This document shows, in pieces, positions 41,433-51,248 of a DNA stretch of 64,000 nt. The DNA is taken from positions 576,001 to 640,000 of the forward strand of contig CAVOXA010000001.1 in NCBI GenBank assembly GCA_963700285.1. The letters run 5' to 3'. The DNA comes from an uncultured Chloroflexia bacterium (GTDB lineage Bacteria; Chloroflexota; Anaerolineae; JAAYZQ01). The translations under genes were made by a program, and so were the position numbers. The notes beneath the pieces were generated by a model that was given only the letters and a program-made list of their open reading frames with translations, did no database searches and had not been told where the DNA came from. The stretch's first letter is position 1; the number at the start of each line of letters is the position of its first letter.

Positions 41433-43097
41433 CTACAAGGGTCTTTCCTCCGTGTCCTCCGTGTCTCCGCGGTAAACCCTCTCCAACGCATCCTCCACCG
41501 TCAGCAGCGCCGGATCGCGGAAGAGCTTGTTGATCTGCGACGCAAACACCAGCGATTCGCTCATCACCTGCCGCGCCGGCCCGTCCACCACCACCTGCCC
41601 GTCGCCCAGCAGGACCACCCGGTCGGCGCACTCGGCCACCAGCTCCACGTCGTGGGTAGCCATGATGATCGTCCGCCCCAGCGCCTTTTCCCGCCGCAGC
41701 ACCGCCGCCAGCGCCGCCTTCTGCCTGTAGTCCAGCCCCCGCGTCGGTTCGTCCAGCAGCAGGATCTGCGGCTCGGCCACCAGGATCGAGGCCAGCGCCA
41801 CCCGCTGCCGCTCGCCCACGCTCAGGTCCCGCGGATAGTGCGACGGCTAACGGAGCTAGGCCCAGGTCCTCCAGCAGGCCATCGTACTCGCCCGGCGGCA
41901 GCCCGTGACCCCGCCGCGTAAAGTCCAGCTCCTCGCGCACCGTGTCGTTGAACAGCAGCGCGTTCGGATTCTGCGGCACATAGCCCACCACCCGGATGAT
42001 CTCCTCAACGGCCGCCTGCCGCGTGTCCATGGCCTGCCGCGAACCGCTGATCCCTGATCTCCACCTGGCCCTGATCCGGTTTGAGCAGGCCCACCAACTG
42101 CTTCAGCAGCGTCGTCTTGCCCGAGCCGTTGCGCCCCATCAGCGCCACAAACTCACCCTGCCGCACGTCCAGCGAAAGCGCATCCAGCGCCGGATGGCCG
42201 TTGTAGGAAAAGCCCAAGCCATGAACCGACACAGACACAGGGAACGGGCCATCCGCCATCGCCGCTCCGGCCTTGGCGCCCTGTTTATCGACCCTTGGCG
42301 CCTGCCTGGCAAACCGGCGGCCCTCCTTGATGGTCAGCGGCAGGGGCGACCAGTCCAGCGCCTTGGCCAGCGTGATCAGCGGCGGCGTCAGATCCACCTG
42401 TCCCAGCACCGCGCGCGGCTCATCCAGCAGGAGCGGCTCGCCCGCCGCCGGGCAGGTAGAGGATCCGGTCCACGTACTGCACCACCCGCTCCAGGCGATG
42501 CTCCGACAGGATGACGGTCAGCCCCAGGTCCTGGTTCAGCTTGACCAGCGTGTCCAGCACCTCCTCGGCCGCCTGCGGATCGAGCTGCGAGGTCGGCTCG
42601 TCCAGCACCAGCACCTGGGGCTGCAGCGTCATCACCGCCGCGATGGCCACCCGCTGGCGCTCGCCGCCCGACAGGGTGTTGACCGACCGCCGCCGCAGGT
42701 GGGCGATGTTGAGCTGGTCCAGCACCTCCTCCACCCGCTTGCGCATGACCATCGGATCCAGGCCCTGGTTCTCCAGGGCAAAGGCCAGTTCGTCCTCGAC
42801 CTTGTCCACCACGAACTGGGCCTCAGGGTCCTGCAGGACAAAACCCACCAGGTCGGCCATGCCCCGCGGCCCCAGGGCCACCGGATCGCGACCGTCCACC
42901 CGCACCTGCCCGGCGACCGTCCCCCCGTAGAAATGGGGCACCAGCCCGTTGAGGCAGCGCAGCAGCGTGGACTTGCCCGCCCCCGAAGGCCCCATCACCA
43001 GCAGGAACTCACCCTCCTCGATCTCGAGGGTCAGGTCCCGCAGGATGGGTGACTCGGCATTTGGATAGTGATAGGTCAACTGCTCGAATTGGATCAT
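41433..43097 (-). CDS. ECF transporter ATPase with two fused ABC domains (frameshifted)
   Basis: Walker A motifs GPSGAGKST and [16 protein letters not shown] and LSVGERQ, and two LDEPT motifs. Confidence 0.9.
41448..41479. repeat. Copy 2 of the 32-bp direct repeat, forming the 3' end of the ATPase gene
   Basis: CTCCGTGTCCTCCGTGTCTCCGCGGTAAACCC is 31/32 identical to 39822-39853. Confidence 0.8.
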
Positions 43098-44183
43098 GGG
43101 TTTTGCTCCATTTTGCCCACCGGCTCCTCCACAAGCTGGGCTCCCTGTTTTGCAGGCTGTGGCGCCAGGATAGCGGGCAGGACGAGCAGCAATAGCGCCG
43201 CCCCCACCAACGGATTAAAGGGGGGCAGCAGTGAATTGGGTGGATAAGGCACGTAGATCAGCGTCTCTGGGACCATCGACCTGGCGGCCAGGACCACGGC
43301 CAGCACAACGGCGCTGGCCACGACCACCGCCGTGTCGCGGCCATACCACCTGGGACGGCGGTAGCGCGTCCGGTGCACCCGCTTCCCCTGCAGCCCAAAG
43401 ACAGCCGCCAGCCCGGCAACTCCCAGTCCGGCCAGCAACCAGCCCCACAGCCGCTGCTCCGAGTAATAGGTGACGACGAACAGCCCGGCCAGCACAGCCA
43501 GCAGCGCCGCCAGCGTGCCCACCTGCGCGTAAACAGCCTGCCGGCGGGACATCGGCTTCACCGCGCTGCCAAAGCCCCGGGCCTCCATCGTCTCGGCCAG
43601 TTGGATGGCCCGTTCCAGGCCATTGGCCAGCAGCGGCATGACCAGGGGCAGCAGGTCGCGGATGCCCCGGAAGCGATGGCCCCGGATGCGCTGCGCCTGG
43701 CGGATCTCGCGGGCGCTGAGGACCATCTGCGGCACAAAGGTGATGGCAATCGAGATGATGACGCCCGCCTGAAACAGGAAGGCCGGGCGTGGCGCGCAGT
43801 AGCTGGTAGTGGTCCACCACCGAATTGAAGGCGGCAAAAACGACCAGAATGGTAAACAGGGCCAGGCCGCTGACTGCCCCGGCGATGATCGCCTCCAGCG
43901 TGATCGGCCCGCCGATGATGGGCCAGCTCGCCGGCAGCCGGAACAGGATGATCTGCCCGATGTGGATCGACAGGGCGTTGAAGGGGATGGCCAGGGCAAA
44001 GAAAAAGAACCCGATCTTCGACAAAGCCGCCCCAACTGCTGCCCATGGGTGACGTCGGCCCAGGGTGGCATAGACGATCCAGGCTGCGCCCAGCACCAGC
44101 ACCGAGTACAGTGGGTTGCGCAGGGTAAAGGCTGGCACCGCTGCGGCGACAAGCCAGGCTACCCAGGCCCAGGTGTGAAACAT
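43094..44183 (-). CDS. ECF transporter transmembrane T component (frameshift at about 43790)
   Basis: Multiple TM helices with AQRIRG and [16 protein letters not shown] coupling-helix motifs. Confidence 0.88.
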
Positions 44184-44274
44184 GGCGGAGCTCAAGTCTC
44201 CAGGGACAGGCCATGATGCTTGATGTAAAATGGGCAGATCCCCAATATCCGGTAACCAGTCTGTACTCCCTTTC

Positions 44275-45132
44275 TCACCTGCGCCGGAGCCACACGATGG
44301 CGCCGGCGGCGGCCAGACCAAGGATCATGAGACCAAAGGGCCAGTAGCCTGCCAGACCCTGGCCGCTGGTCGGGGTTGGTGCTGGGGTAGCGGTGGGCGG
44401 CGGGGCCGTAGCTTGGCTAGTTGGCGATGGGCTAGCCGCTGCCACTGCGTTGCCCTTGAGCAGCGTTGGAGTGGGCGGTGCAGTGGCTGTGTTCACGTCT
44501 GTTGCCAACATCATCGCAGCGCCCGCAGCGGTTGGGGTGACGGTAGGCGCAGGCAGTGCAGTCGGAAGTGGCTCGGGCGTCACGCTGGGTACCGGAGTTG
44601 GCGGCACGCAGATGGCCTCAAAGCCCAACTCGGTGGCGGGCGGCGTATGCCCATCGCCCCACACCCAGGCATCGACTGAGCCTGCTTTTACCTTGTGCAT
44701 GGCAGCGCCCAAAGCCGAGTAGGTCCAATCGCCCTCGCCCGGCTCCCTGTAAAAATAGTTCCAGTAGGTGCACTCGCCGCCGCCCATGCACTGGCAGAAG
44801 CAGGGCTCGGCCGGATGGTTGCAACCCACCTCCTCGATCTGGCAGACAATGAGCCCCATGCCGCTGGCTGGATCGATGATCATAGTCCAGCCCCGAACGG
44901 GCCAGCAGCTCCGCGCCGCTTATCGCATTCGCCTCAAGATCCACACACCGGGTTCCACGCGCCCGTCATCCAACTGCACGACGATGCCTGCACGGCCAGG
45001 CTCATCGGCCAAGGCCCCGGTCGCAGGCACAGCGCTGAGAAGACACAGGACCAGTAGCCCACATAGACCTCGAAGGCCGCGACCCAGGGCTCTGTTGGAA
45101 GCCTCCGATGTCTTTGTCCGGCTAGACCTCAT
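44275..45132 (-). CDS. Secreted, C-terminally membrane-anchored protein, putative corrinoid-binding (DUF4430/SCO2322-like); frameshifted
   Basis: Signal peptide, RAGIVV, SGAELL..SGL, VCQI...C...CFCQC, YWNYF and WTYS.LGA...GSVDAWVWG motifs, a Pro/Thr linker, and TM helix plus RRR. Confidence 0.65.
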
Positions 45133-45174
45133 GCCCGCATGATACCTCGACGATTCTTGGGTATGGTGACAGGG

Positions 45175-46277
45175 CTACCGTCTGCGGCTCAGGACGTAGC
45201 CACCCCCGGCCACGATCGCGCCGCCCACGAGAAGAACCAGAGCCAGGTTGATCCCTGCACCGCCAGTCTCGAGGCACGGTGCTGGGAGTTGCCCCGGCTG
45301 CTTCACCCACGTCCATCGTGGCGAAGGGGAATGCCTTGCCGGCCACCGCTGGCAGCGCCTGCACGGTGGCCAGCAGGTTGTCGTCGGGCACGGCCGCCTG
45401 CCAGGCAAAGGCGCCGCTCTCGTTCTGGAGGGCTTCCAGGGCGGCCAGCGGGTGCACTGCCCTCGGCCGTGGTCCAGTCGGCTCCGGCCGGGTCCTGGCC
45501 CGCAGCGATGATGGCCTGGATGGTGACCGCCGTCGAGTTGGCGTCGGTGTCGGTGCCATAGTCGGACGGGTTCTGGTAGGGCCAGCCACCATCTTCGTTC
45601 TGGATGCTCTTGATAGTAGGCCAGGGCACTGCGTCACCGCCTCGCCGTCGGCGCCTGCGCCGGCGGCGACGAGGGCCTGCACGGCAAAGGCGGTGGTGTT
45701 GGTGTCGCCAGCGCGTCTCGGCTGTGCCATCCCAGGCCCAGGCGCCATTCTCCTGCTGGGCGGCCTTGATATAGTCCACGGCCGCTGCCGGGATGGGCCG
45801 CTGCGGCGCTGGCCAGGGCCAGGACGGCCAGGCGTGTGGCCGACAAAGGTGTCCACTTCGCCACCGATCCTGCCGTCGGCGCCGACCATGCCCTCCAGCT
45901 TGGCCACCGAGTCGACTCCGCCGAAGGTGCGGGGATTCTCGCCGGCAGCGATGGCGGCCAGGATCAGCTTGGCCAGGTCGCCGCCGGTGGCTCGCCGACG
46001 AGGCGTTGGCCGCCAGGTAGGTCAGCGGCGTGTTGCCGCCCTGGTCAAAGGCGGCCGGATCGCCGCCGGCAGCGACGATGGCCAGCACGGCGTCGGCGGT
46101 GGAGCCGACGGCGCTGTCCGGGCTAAAGCCGCTGCCAAAGCCGCCATCGGCGTTCTGTTGGGTCTTGAGATAGTCCAGGGCGGCATCGGTGTCACCGGCC
46201 GCCAGAGACAGGCGGGTAGCGCGGTGGCCAGCAGAGCCACCAGCACGATGGTCAGTGATGACGGTTCGATTTCCCAT
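45175..46277 (-). CDS. Prenyltransferase/squalene-cyclase-repeat (alpha/alpha barrel) surface protein with VPETG sorting-type tail; frameshifted
   Basis: QQNADGGF, QQENGAW, QNEDGGW and QNESGAF repeats. Removing one C restores TVPETGG followed by a hydrophobic helix and SRRR. Confidence 0.75.
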
Positions 46278-46342
46278 TCTTTGCTCCTTGTTCATGAACA
46301 ATAAACGCCCCGACCTTTCGGTCAGGGCTATGGCCTTCCATA

Positions 46343-46370
46343 CAAAACCCCTTGCCTTTCGACAAGGGGT
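46343..46370 (-). terminator. Leader terminator hairpin (candidate riboswitch expression platform)
   Basis: ACCCCTTG/CAAGGGGT stem followed by a short T-run on the minus strand. Confidence 0.6.
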
Positions 46371-46424
46371 GGTTCATGGCTTGTAGGCCATGCGCCTACC
46401 CCCTTTCCGCGAAGGTTCGCAGTG

Positions 46425-46595
46425 CGCGACCGTGGCGGGTGTCCTGGCTTGAGCAGGGCGCATTGGCCAATGGGCTGCTCTTACAGTTGCGGGACAGCGC
46501 CGGACTCTGCGTGCAGTGCACGCACCACCGGCTTTCCCCCTTGGGCCCCGTGCATCCGGGCAACGGGGCACCACGATCAGCAATATTCAGTTGTC
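46425..46595 (-). ncRNA. Cobalamin riboswitch
   Basis: GGTG...AAGGGGGAAAGCCGGTG...AGTCCGGCGCTGTCCCGCAACTGTAA...AAGCCAGGACACCCGCC (B12 box). Promoter TTGACA-N18-TATACT at 46603-46632. Confidence 0.9.
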
Positions 46596-46635
46596 AGACC
46601 GCAGTATAGCACACCTGATGGGCGAATGTCAAACC

Positions 46636-47256
46636 TCACGCCAGGCCGCGCACCTCGTGCTCCAGCCGCTCGAAAAATAGGCGACCATGAAGGCGTGGCG
46701 CTCCTCGGCCAGCTGCCGGGCGCTGGCTGTGAGCAGCCGATCCTTGATCCTGACCAGCTTGAGATGATATTCGTGGACCGGCGTGTGCTCGTGGCGCGTG
46801 CCCTGGTTCTCCTGGTAGCCGGGCGGCACCTCGGCCCACAGGCGCTGGCCCTCGTGCCCGCCAAAGGCAAAGGCCCGAGCCACGCCGATGGCGCCGATGG
46901 CGTCCAGCTTGTCGGCGTCGTGGAGGACCTTGGCCTCCAGCGTCTGGGGCACGGGACCGCCGCGGAAGCGGTGGGCGGCGATGGCGTGGGCCACGGCCTC
47001 GACCTTTTCCGGCGGCTGGCCGGCCAGCAGTCTGGCGGGCGATCTCGGCGCCGGCCTGGGCATGGTCCGTCGCCATGCGGTCACCGTGGCCCCGGGCCAC
47101 GTCGTGGAGCAGGGCTGCCGTGCGCACGATCTCCAGGTCGGCGCCCTCGGCCTGGGCCAGGCGCTCGGCCAGGGCCAGCACGCGCAGGACGTGGTCAAAA
47201 TCGTGGATGGCATCGGCGCCCTCGTAGTACTGGCGAGCTTTTTCAAGGTCGATCAT
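46636..47256 (-). CDS. HD-domain phosphohydrolase (frameshift at about 47035)
   Basis: HDFDHVLRV, ALLHD, HRFR and DADKLDAIGAIGVAR motifs. Confidence 0.88.
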   Translation of the reverse strand: MIDLEKARQYYEGADAIHDFDHVLRVLALAERLAQAEGADLEIVRTAALLHDVARGHGDRMATDHAQAGAEIARQTAGRPAAGKGRGRGPRHRRPPLPRRSRAPDAGGQGPPRRRQAGRHRRHRRGSGLCLWRARGPAPVGRGAARLPGEPGHAPRAHAGPRISSQAGQDQGSAAHSQRPAAGRGAPRLHGRLFFERLEHEVRGLA

Positions 47257-47513
47257 GTTCGTCTCCTGGTGGTGGTCAGCAGCAAGGCGCATTATACCAC
47301 AATGCGCCTTGTAGCCTATCTCTTTGGGTAGTGATACCATATCTGGCCTATCCTTCGCTGCCATCGTTTCCGCTGGAACCGCTGCTTCCGACGGGAATCC
47401 TAACGGCGAGGGCACACGCCGGGACAGTGATACAGTGAGACAGTTCATGTGAGTTTGCCATACTTTGCGTGCCAGCGCTGGATCTCCTCCCCAAGATGTG
47501 GTATAATTGGGAC

Positions 47514-48392
47514 ATGTCATCACTCGACGAAAGGGATGTTCCCGTGGGTAGACGATCTGCTCTCCGTTGGTTGCTCGTGGCAGTGGTCTTGGTACTGCTG
47601 CTGGTCGCATCCTACCTGCTTTCTCTCTACCTGGTCCCAACTCCGCAGATCGCCATCATCCGTATCGAAGGCGATATCTGGGGGGACTATACAACCTACC
47701 TCAGCCAAGCACTGGAGCAGGCGGGCAACGATCCGGCGGTCCATGCTGTGGTTCTGGATATTGCCAGCCCTGGGGGGGAGGTCACGGCCAGCGAGGGATT
47801 GTACTTTGACGTCCTGAGGCTGCGGGAGCGGATGCCGGTCATAGTTTCCATCAACGAACTTGCCGCCAGCGGCGCCTATTATGTAGCCGCTGCCGCGGAT
47901 CAGATCTACGCCAAACCTGCCTCAGAGGTGGGCAACATCGGAGTGATCTCTTTGCTGCCCGAGTCGGATCTGGTGGATGAGAAATTGCTCACCACCGGTC
48001 CCTTCAAGCTTTCTGGCGGGCCTCAGGTCACCTATGTCCGCCAGATGGACATGCTCAAGGATACCTTTCTCGCCGCCATCCTTGCCCAGCGTTCGGAACG
48101 GCTCACGGTTGGGCCCGAGATCCTGTCCCGGGGGGAGCTGTATCTTGGCCTCCAGGCGCGGCAGATGGGTCTCATCGACGAACTCGGCTCACAGGCGGAT
48201 GCCATCGACGCGGCGGCCCGAATGGCACGAGTCCGCCACTACGATGTCGTGGATCGCACCCCCGAGCTTCCCGAGGATTTCGGCATGTTTAATTTCAGAC
48301 TGCAGCGTGGCTCGACTGCCAGGACTCTGTCCGCGGTTCCCAAGGGTCTTCCGCCTGGATTCTACTTCCGCTATGTGTCCCTTCCCCAGTAG
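47514..48392 (+). CDS. S49-family peptidase (SppA-like)
   Basis: N-terminal TM helix, SPGG, AASGAYY and GNIGV motifs. Confidence 0.85.
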   Translation: MSSLDERDVPVGRRSALRWLLVAVVLVLLLVASYLLSLYLVPTPQIAIIRIEGDIWGDYTTYLSQALEQAGNDPAVHAVVLDIASPGGEVTASEGLYFDVLRLRERMPVIVSINELAASGAYYVAAAADQIYAKPASEVGNIGVISLLPESDLVDEKLLTTGPFKLSGGPQVTYVRQMDMLKDTFLAAILAQRSERLTVGPEILSRGELYLGLQARQMGLIDELGSQADAIDAAARMARVRHYDVVDRTPELPEDFGMFNFRLQRGSTARTLSAVPKGLPPGFYFRYVSLPQ

Positions 48393-48418
48393 CTGGCCAT
48401 GCCAATGAGGATCGAAAC

Positions 48419-50746
48419 GTGCTGAAAAAATCCCTGCTTGTTTTAGTGGGTCTTGTCGTGCTGGTTCTGCCTCTGGCCCTCCGCTGGCTCTACTTCCATG
48501 AAGGACAGTACCAGGCGGGTCCGGTTCCCCGCCCCGACCATAGCCAGATCAACGCCGCGACGCCAGATTTGGTGTCCTTCACAGACACGCTGACCGCATC
48601 GGAGCCGGGAACGATCCTGGTGGATCTGGCCCACAACAATCGCGTGGAGATGGCAGAGCTAAACGTTCTGCAAGCCCGTCTGGTGGCTCGTGGCCAGAAG
48701 TTGGACCCAGTCATAGCGTTCGAGAATTCCTCTGATCTGGCTGAGAAGCTGCGCTATGCCAAGGCACTGGCGGTAATCTCACCTGGCAGGAGCTGGACCT
48801 CTACTGAGATCCAGCAGGTGCAGGACTTTGTGGCCAAGGGAGGGCGGCTGCTACTGGTAGCCGATCCAACACGCTTTGACGTCATCCTCGATAAGGAGGG
48901 AGGGCTGGTCGGTCTTGATAGCGACGTGATCCACATCAATGACCTGGCGGCCCGGTTCGGACTGGTCTTCCAGTCGGATTATTTGTACAATACCGTCGAA
49001 AACGAGGGCAACTTTCGCAACATCCGGCTGACAGAGTTCAAGGGCCACGAACTGACCCAGGGCCTCGACCAAGTCGTTTTCTATGCGGTCCATTCCATCG
49101 AGTCTGAGGAGCCGGCCCTGATCAGTGCCAGTGGCGATACTCGTTCCAGCAACACCGAAAGGACCGGGGAATTAGCTGTGGCCACCCTGGCAGCCGGCGA
49201 GAAGGTGCTGGCCGTAGGTGACCTGACCTTTATGACGGAGCCACACAACGACGCCTACGACAATGACCAATTCATCGCCAATGTCGCTGACTTTCTCAGT
49301 GGCGCTCAGCGGGAATACGATCTGGCTGATTTCCCCTTCTTCTTTGGCGACCAGGTCCACCTGGTCATTGCCGGTGACCCCTTGTTGGACGGCGAGTTAC
49401 TTGCCAGCGGCAGCGCGCTGCAGTCCCTTCTTGAGGCCGCCGGCAAGGAACTGATCATCCGCGAGTCGGAGGATGAGGAAGTCGATACCCTCTTCTTGGG
49501 ACTGTATGAAACCGCGGATGAGGTGGAACCATATCTGACCAAGGCCCAGGTAACACTGCTCATTACTGCCACCGATGCCTTGGAGTTGGAGGATGTGCCT
49601 GGAGCAAGCCCTCCTACGCTGACCCCGGCGAACCCCCTGACCAGGACACAGGAAGTGACCCGTACGTTGGAGATCACGTTGACGCCTCCGGCTGTAGTGC
49701 CGCCCGTGACCGGGATCACGGCGACCAAGCAACTCACACCCACAACTGGCGGCAGGCTCAAAGTTGGGTCCATGGGAGAGCTGGCATCAAGTGGGACTAC
49801 CCTGTTCCTGGTTCAGGACGAGGGGCAACGCCACGTGATGACTATCCTGGCCGAAACAGATACGGGTCTGAACAACGCTGTCACGCGTCTGGCCGAGGGT
49901 GACCTCTACGGTTGCCTGCTTCAAAGGGTAGAGCAGTCCCAGCCAGCATGGCTAGCCCTGTGTCCGGAGGACGAGGGTGACCCCGGGAGAAGGGAGGCTG
50001 GCGAACGGGAACAGAGACCAGAAGCCCGCGTACCATCACCTGCGCCACCGGAGATTGAGCCGGTCCAACCCGTGACCGATACGCTGGTTCCGGAAGAACC
50101 GAGCGGCGAACCCGAGGGTGGATCAGAAGGGAGCATACTCATCGTGTCCCTGGACGATGGCCAGGGCCGCTATGAGGGTAGGACGGGCGCTGAGGACTAT
50201 GCTGCCATCCTGCAGAACCACTACGACGTCACCATCTGGAGCAAGTCCGAGGATCCCCCCCTGGACACCTCCAAGCTCCCCGGCTTTGATCTGATCATCT
50301 GGACGGGGGGGGACTTTGAGGACGCGCTTGGCGATGTCGATAGCGAGTTGCTCTTTCTCGTGGTGCTCAACGGAACGCCGGTGCTTGTATCGGGCGCCTA
50401 CGTTGGAGAGGGCACCGCGCAGTCGATCCAGCGTGATATCCAGGTCAAGGTTGCCGATCACCCTCTCGCCCAGGGATTCCAGCCCGGAGAAGTAATCAGC
50501 TTTGTGTCTCTGCCTTCCGGCGTGGAATACGAGATTGACCTGCAGGACAGCGCGGGCAGGGAAGGCGAGGTGGTCTTTGTCCGTGGCCCGGATAGCGAGG
50601 ATACCGGTTCATCATCGATATGGGTGGTGAAGGATGGGGCCACGGATGTGCAGATTGTGTTCATTGGCTTTCCAATCTACCTGCTGCCCGAAGAGATCAG
50701 AAGCCAGTTGGTTCTGAATGCGGTGACCTGGATGTTGAGTCCCTGA
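48419..50746 (+). CDS. Large membrane-anchored protein with DUF4350/GldG-like and C-terminal alpha/beta domains
   Basis: N-terminal TM helix, LVDLAHNN, FVAKGGRLLLVADP and DN.QFIAN motifs, and Pro-rich linkers. Confidence 0.65.
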   Translation: MLKKSLLVLVGLVVLVLPLALRWLYFHEGQYQAGPVPRPDHSQINAATPDLVSFTDTLTASEPGTILVDLAHNNRVEMAELNVLQARLVARGQKLDPVIAFENSSDLAEKLRYAKALAVISPGRSWTSTEIQQVQDFVAKGGRLLLVADPTRFDVILDKEGGLVGLDSDVIHINDLAARFGLVFQSDYLYNTVENEGNFRNIRLTEFKGHELTQGLDQVVFYAVHSIESEEPALISASGDTRSSNTERTGELAVATLAAGEKVLAVGDLTFMTEPHNDAYDNDQFIANVADFLSGAQREYDLADFPFFFGDQVHLVIAGDPLLDGELLASGSALQSLLEAAGKELIIRESEDEEVDTLFLGLYETADEVEPYLTKAQVTLLITATDALELEDVPGASPPTLTPANPLTRTQEVTRTLEITLTPPAVVPPVTGITATKQLTPTTGGRLKVGSMGELASSGTTLFLVQDEGQRHVMTILAETDTGLNNAVTRLAEGDLYGCLLQRVEQSQPAWLALCPEDEGDPGRREAGEREQRPEARVPSPAPPEIEPVQPVTDTLVPEEPSGEPEGGSEGSILIVSLDDGQGRYEGRTGAEDYAAILQNHYDVTIWSKSEDPPLDTSKLPGFDLIIWTGGDFEDALGDVDSELLFLVVLNGTPVLVSGAYVGEGTAQSIQRDIQVKVADHPLAQGFQPGEVISFVSLPSGVEYEIDLQDSAGREGEVVFVRGPDSEDTGSSSIWVVKDGATDVQIVFIGFPIYLLPEEIRSQLVLNAVTWMLSP

Positions 50747-50922
50747 CCTTGGCATTGACGTAAGCTCGGTTAAAATCCGTGGACACACAAATCTTAAGAT
50801 TCGAGGGCAGAGCAGGCAAATTGGACACTAAATGTTGGGTTTCTGTTGCTATCGCCCCCTAGATGTGGACAGGCCCTCCGTTTGCACGAGCAGCTATCTG
50901 CCTTGAAATGCCGGAAACGGGC

Positions 50923-50951
50923 TTGCGCGGAATTCACTTCTCTGATACAAT
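50923..50951 (+). promoter_or_regulatory. Candidate dnaA promoter
   Basis: TTGCGC-N17-TACAAT. Confidence 0.5.
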
Positions 50952-51248
50952 AGCTCTCGACCGTAGAACAGGTAGTAGGGGAACTAGCCTCGCTGGTAGG
51001 TTCCAGCGGGTTGCCTCCGGGGCGTTTTCGGTACAAGACCCTGCGCAGGTCACACCTGCCGGATGCTGAGAACGCTGCCCCAATTACAGCCTCTGCCTCT
51101 TTGAAGCGAAGCGATACCCAATACTCGGCAAGTCCGAGACTGTGAGCTGTCAGAAACTGTTGGTACAGGTCTCTGGTGCCGCGCGGTTCTTGGTGCGATG
51201 CCGTCCGCCTGCGCATGCAACGGAGCTAAACAACGGAACGAGGGATCT

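Noticed and set aside
50750-51200. oriC next to dnaA
   Set aside because: No cluster of consensus DnaA boxes or clear AT-rich unwinding element is visible. Isolated near-matches at about 13848 and 55557 are unclustered.
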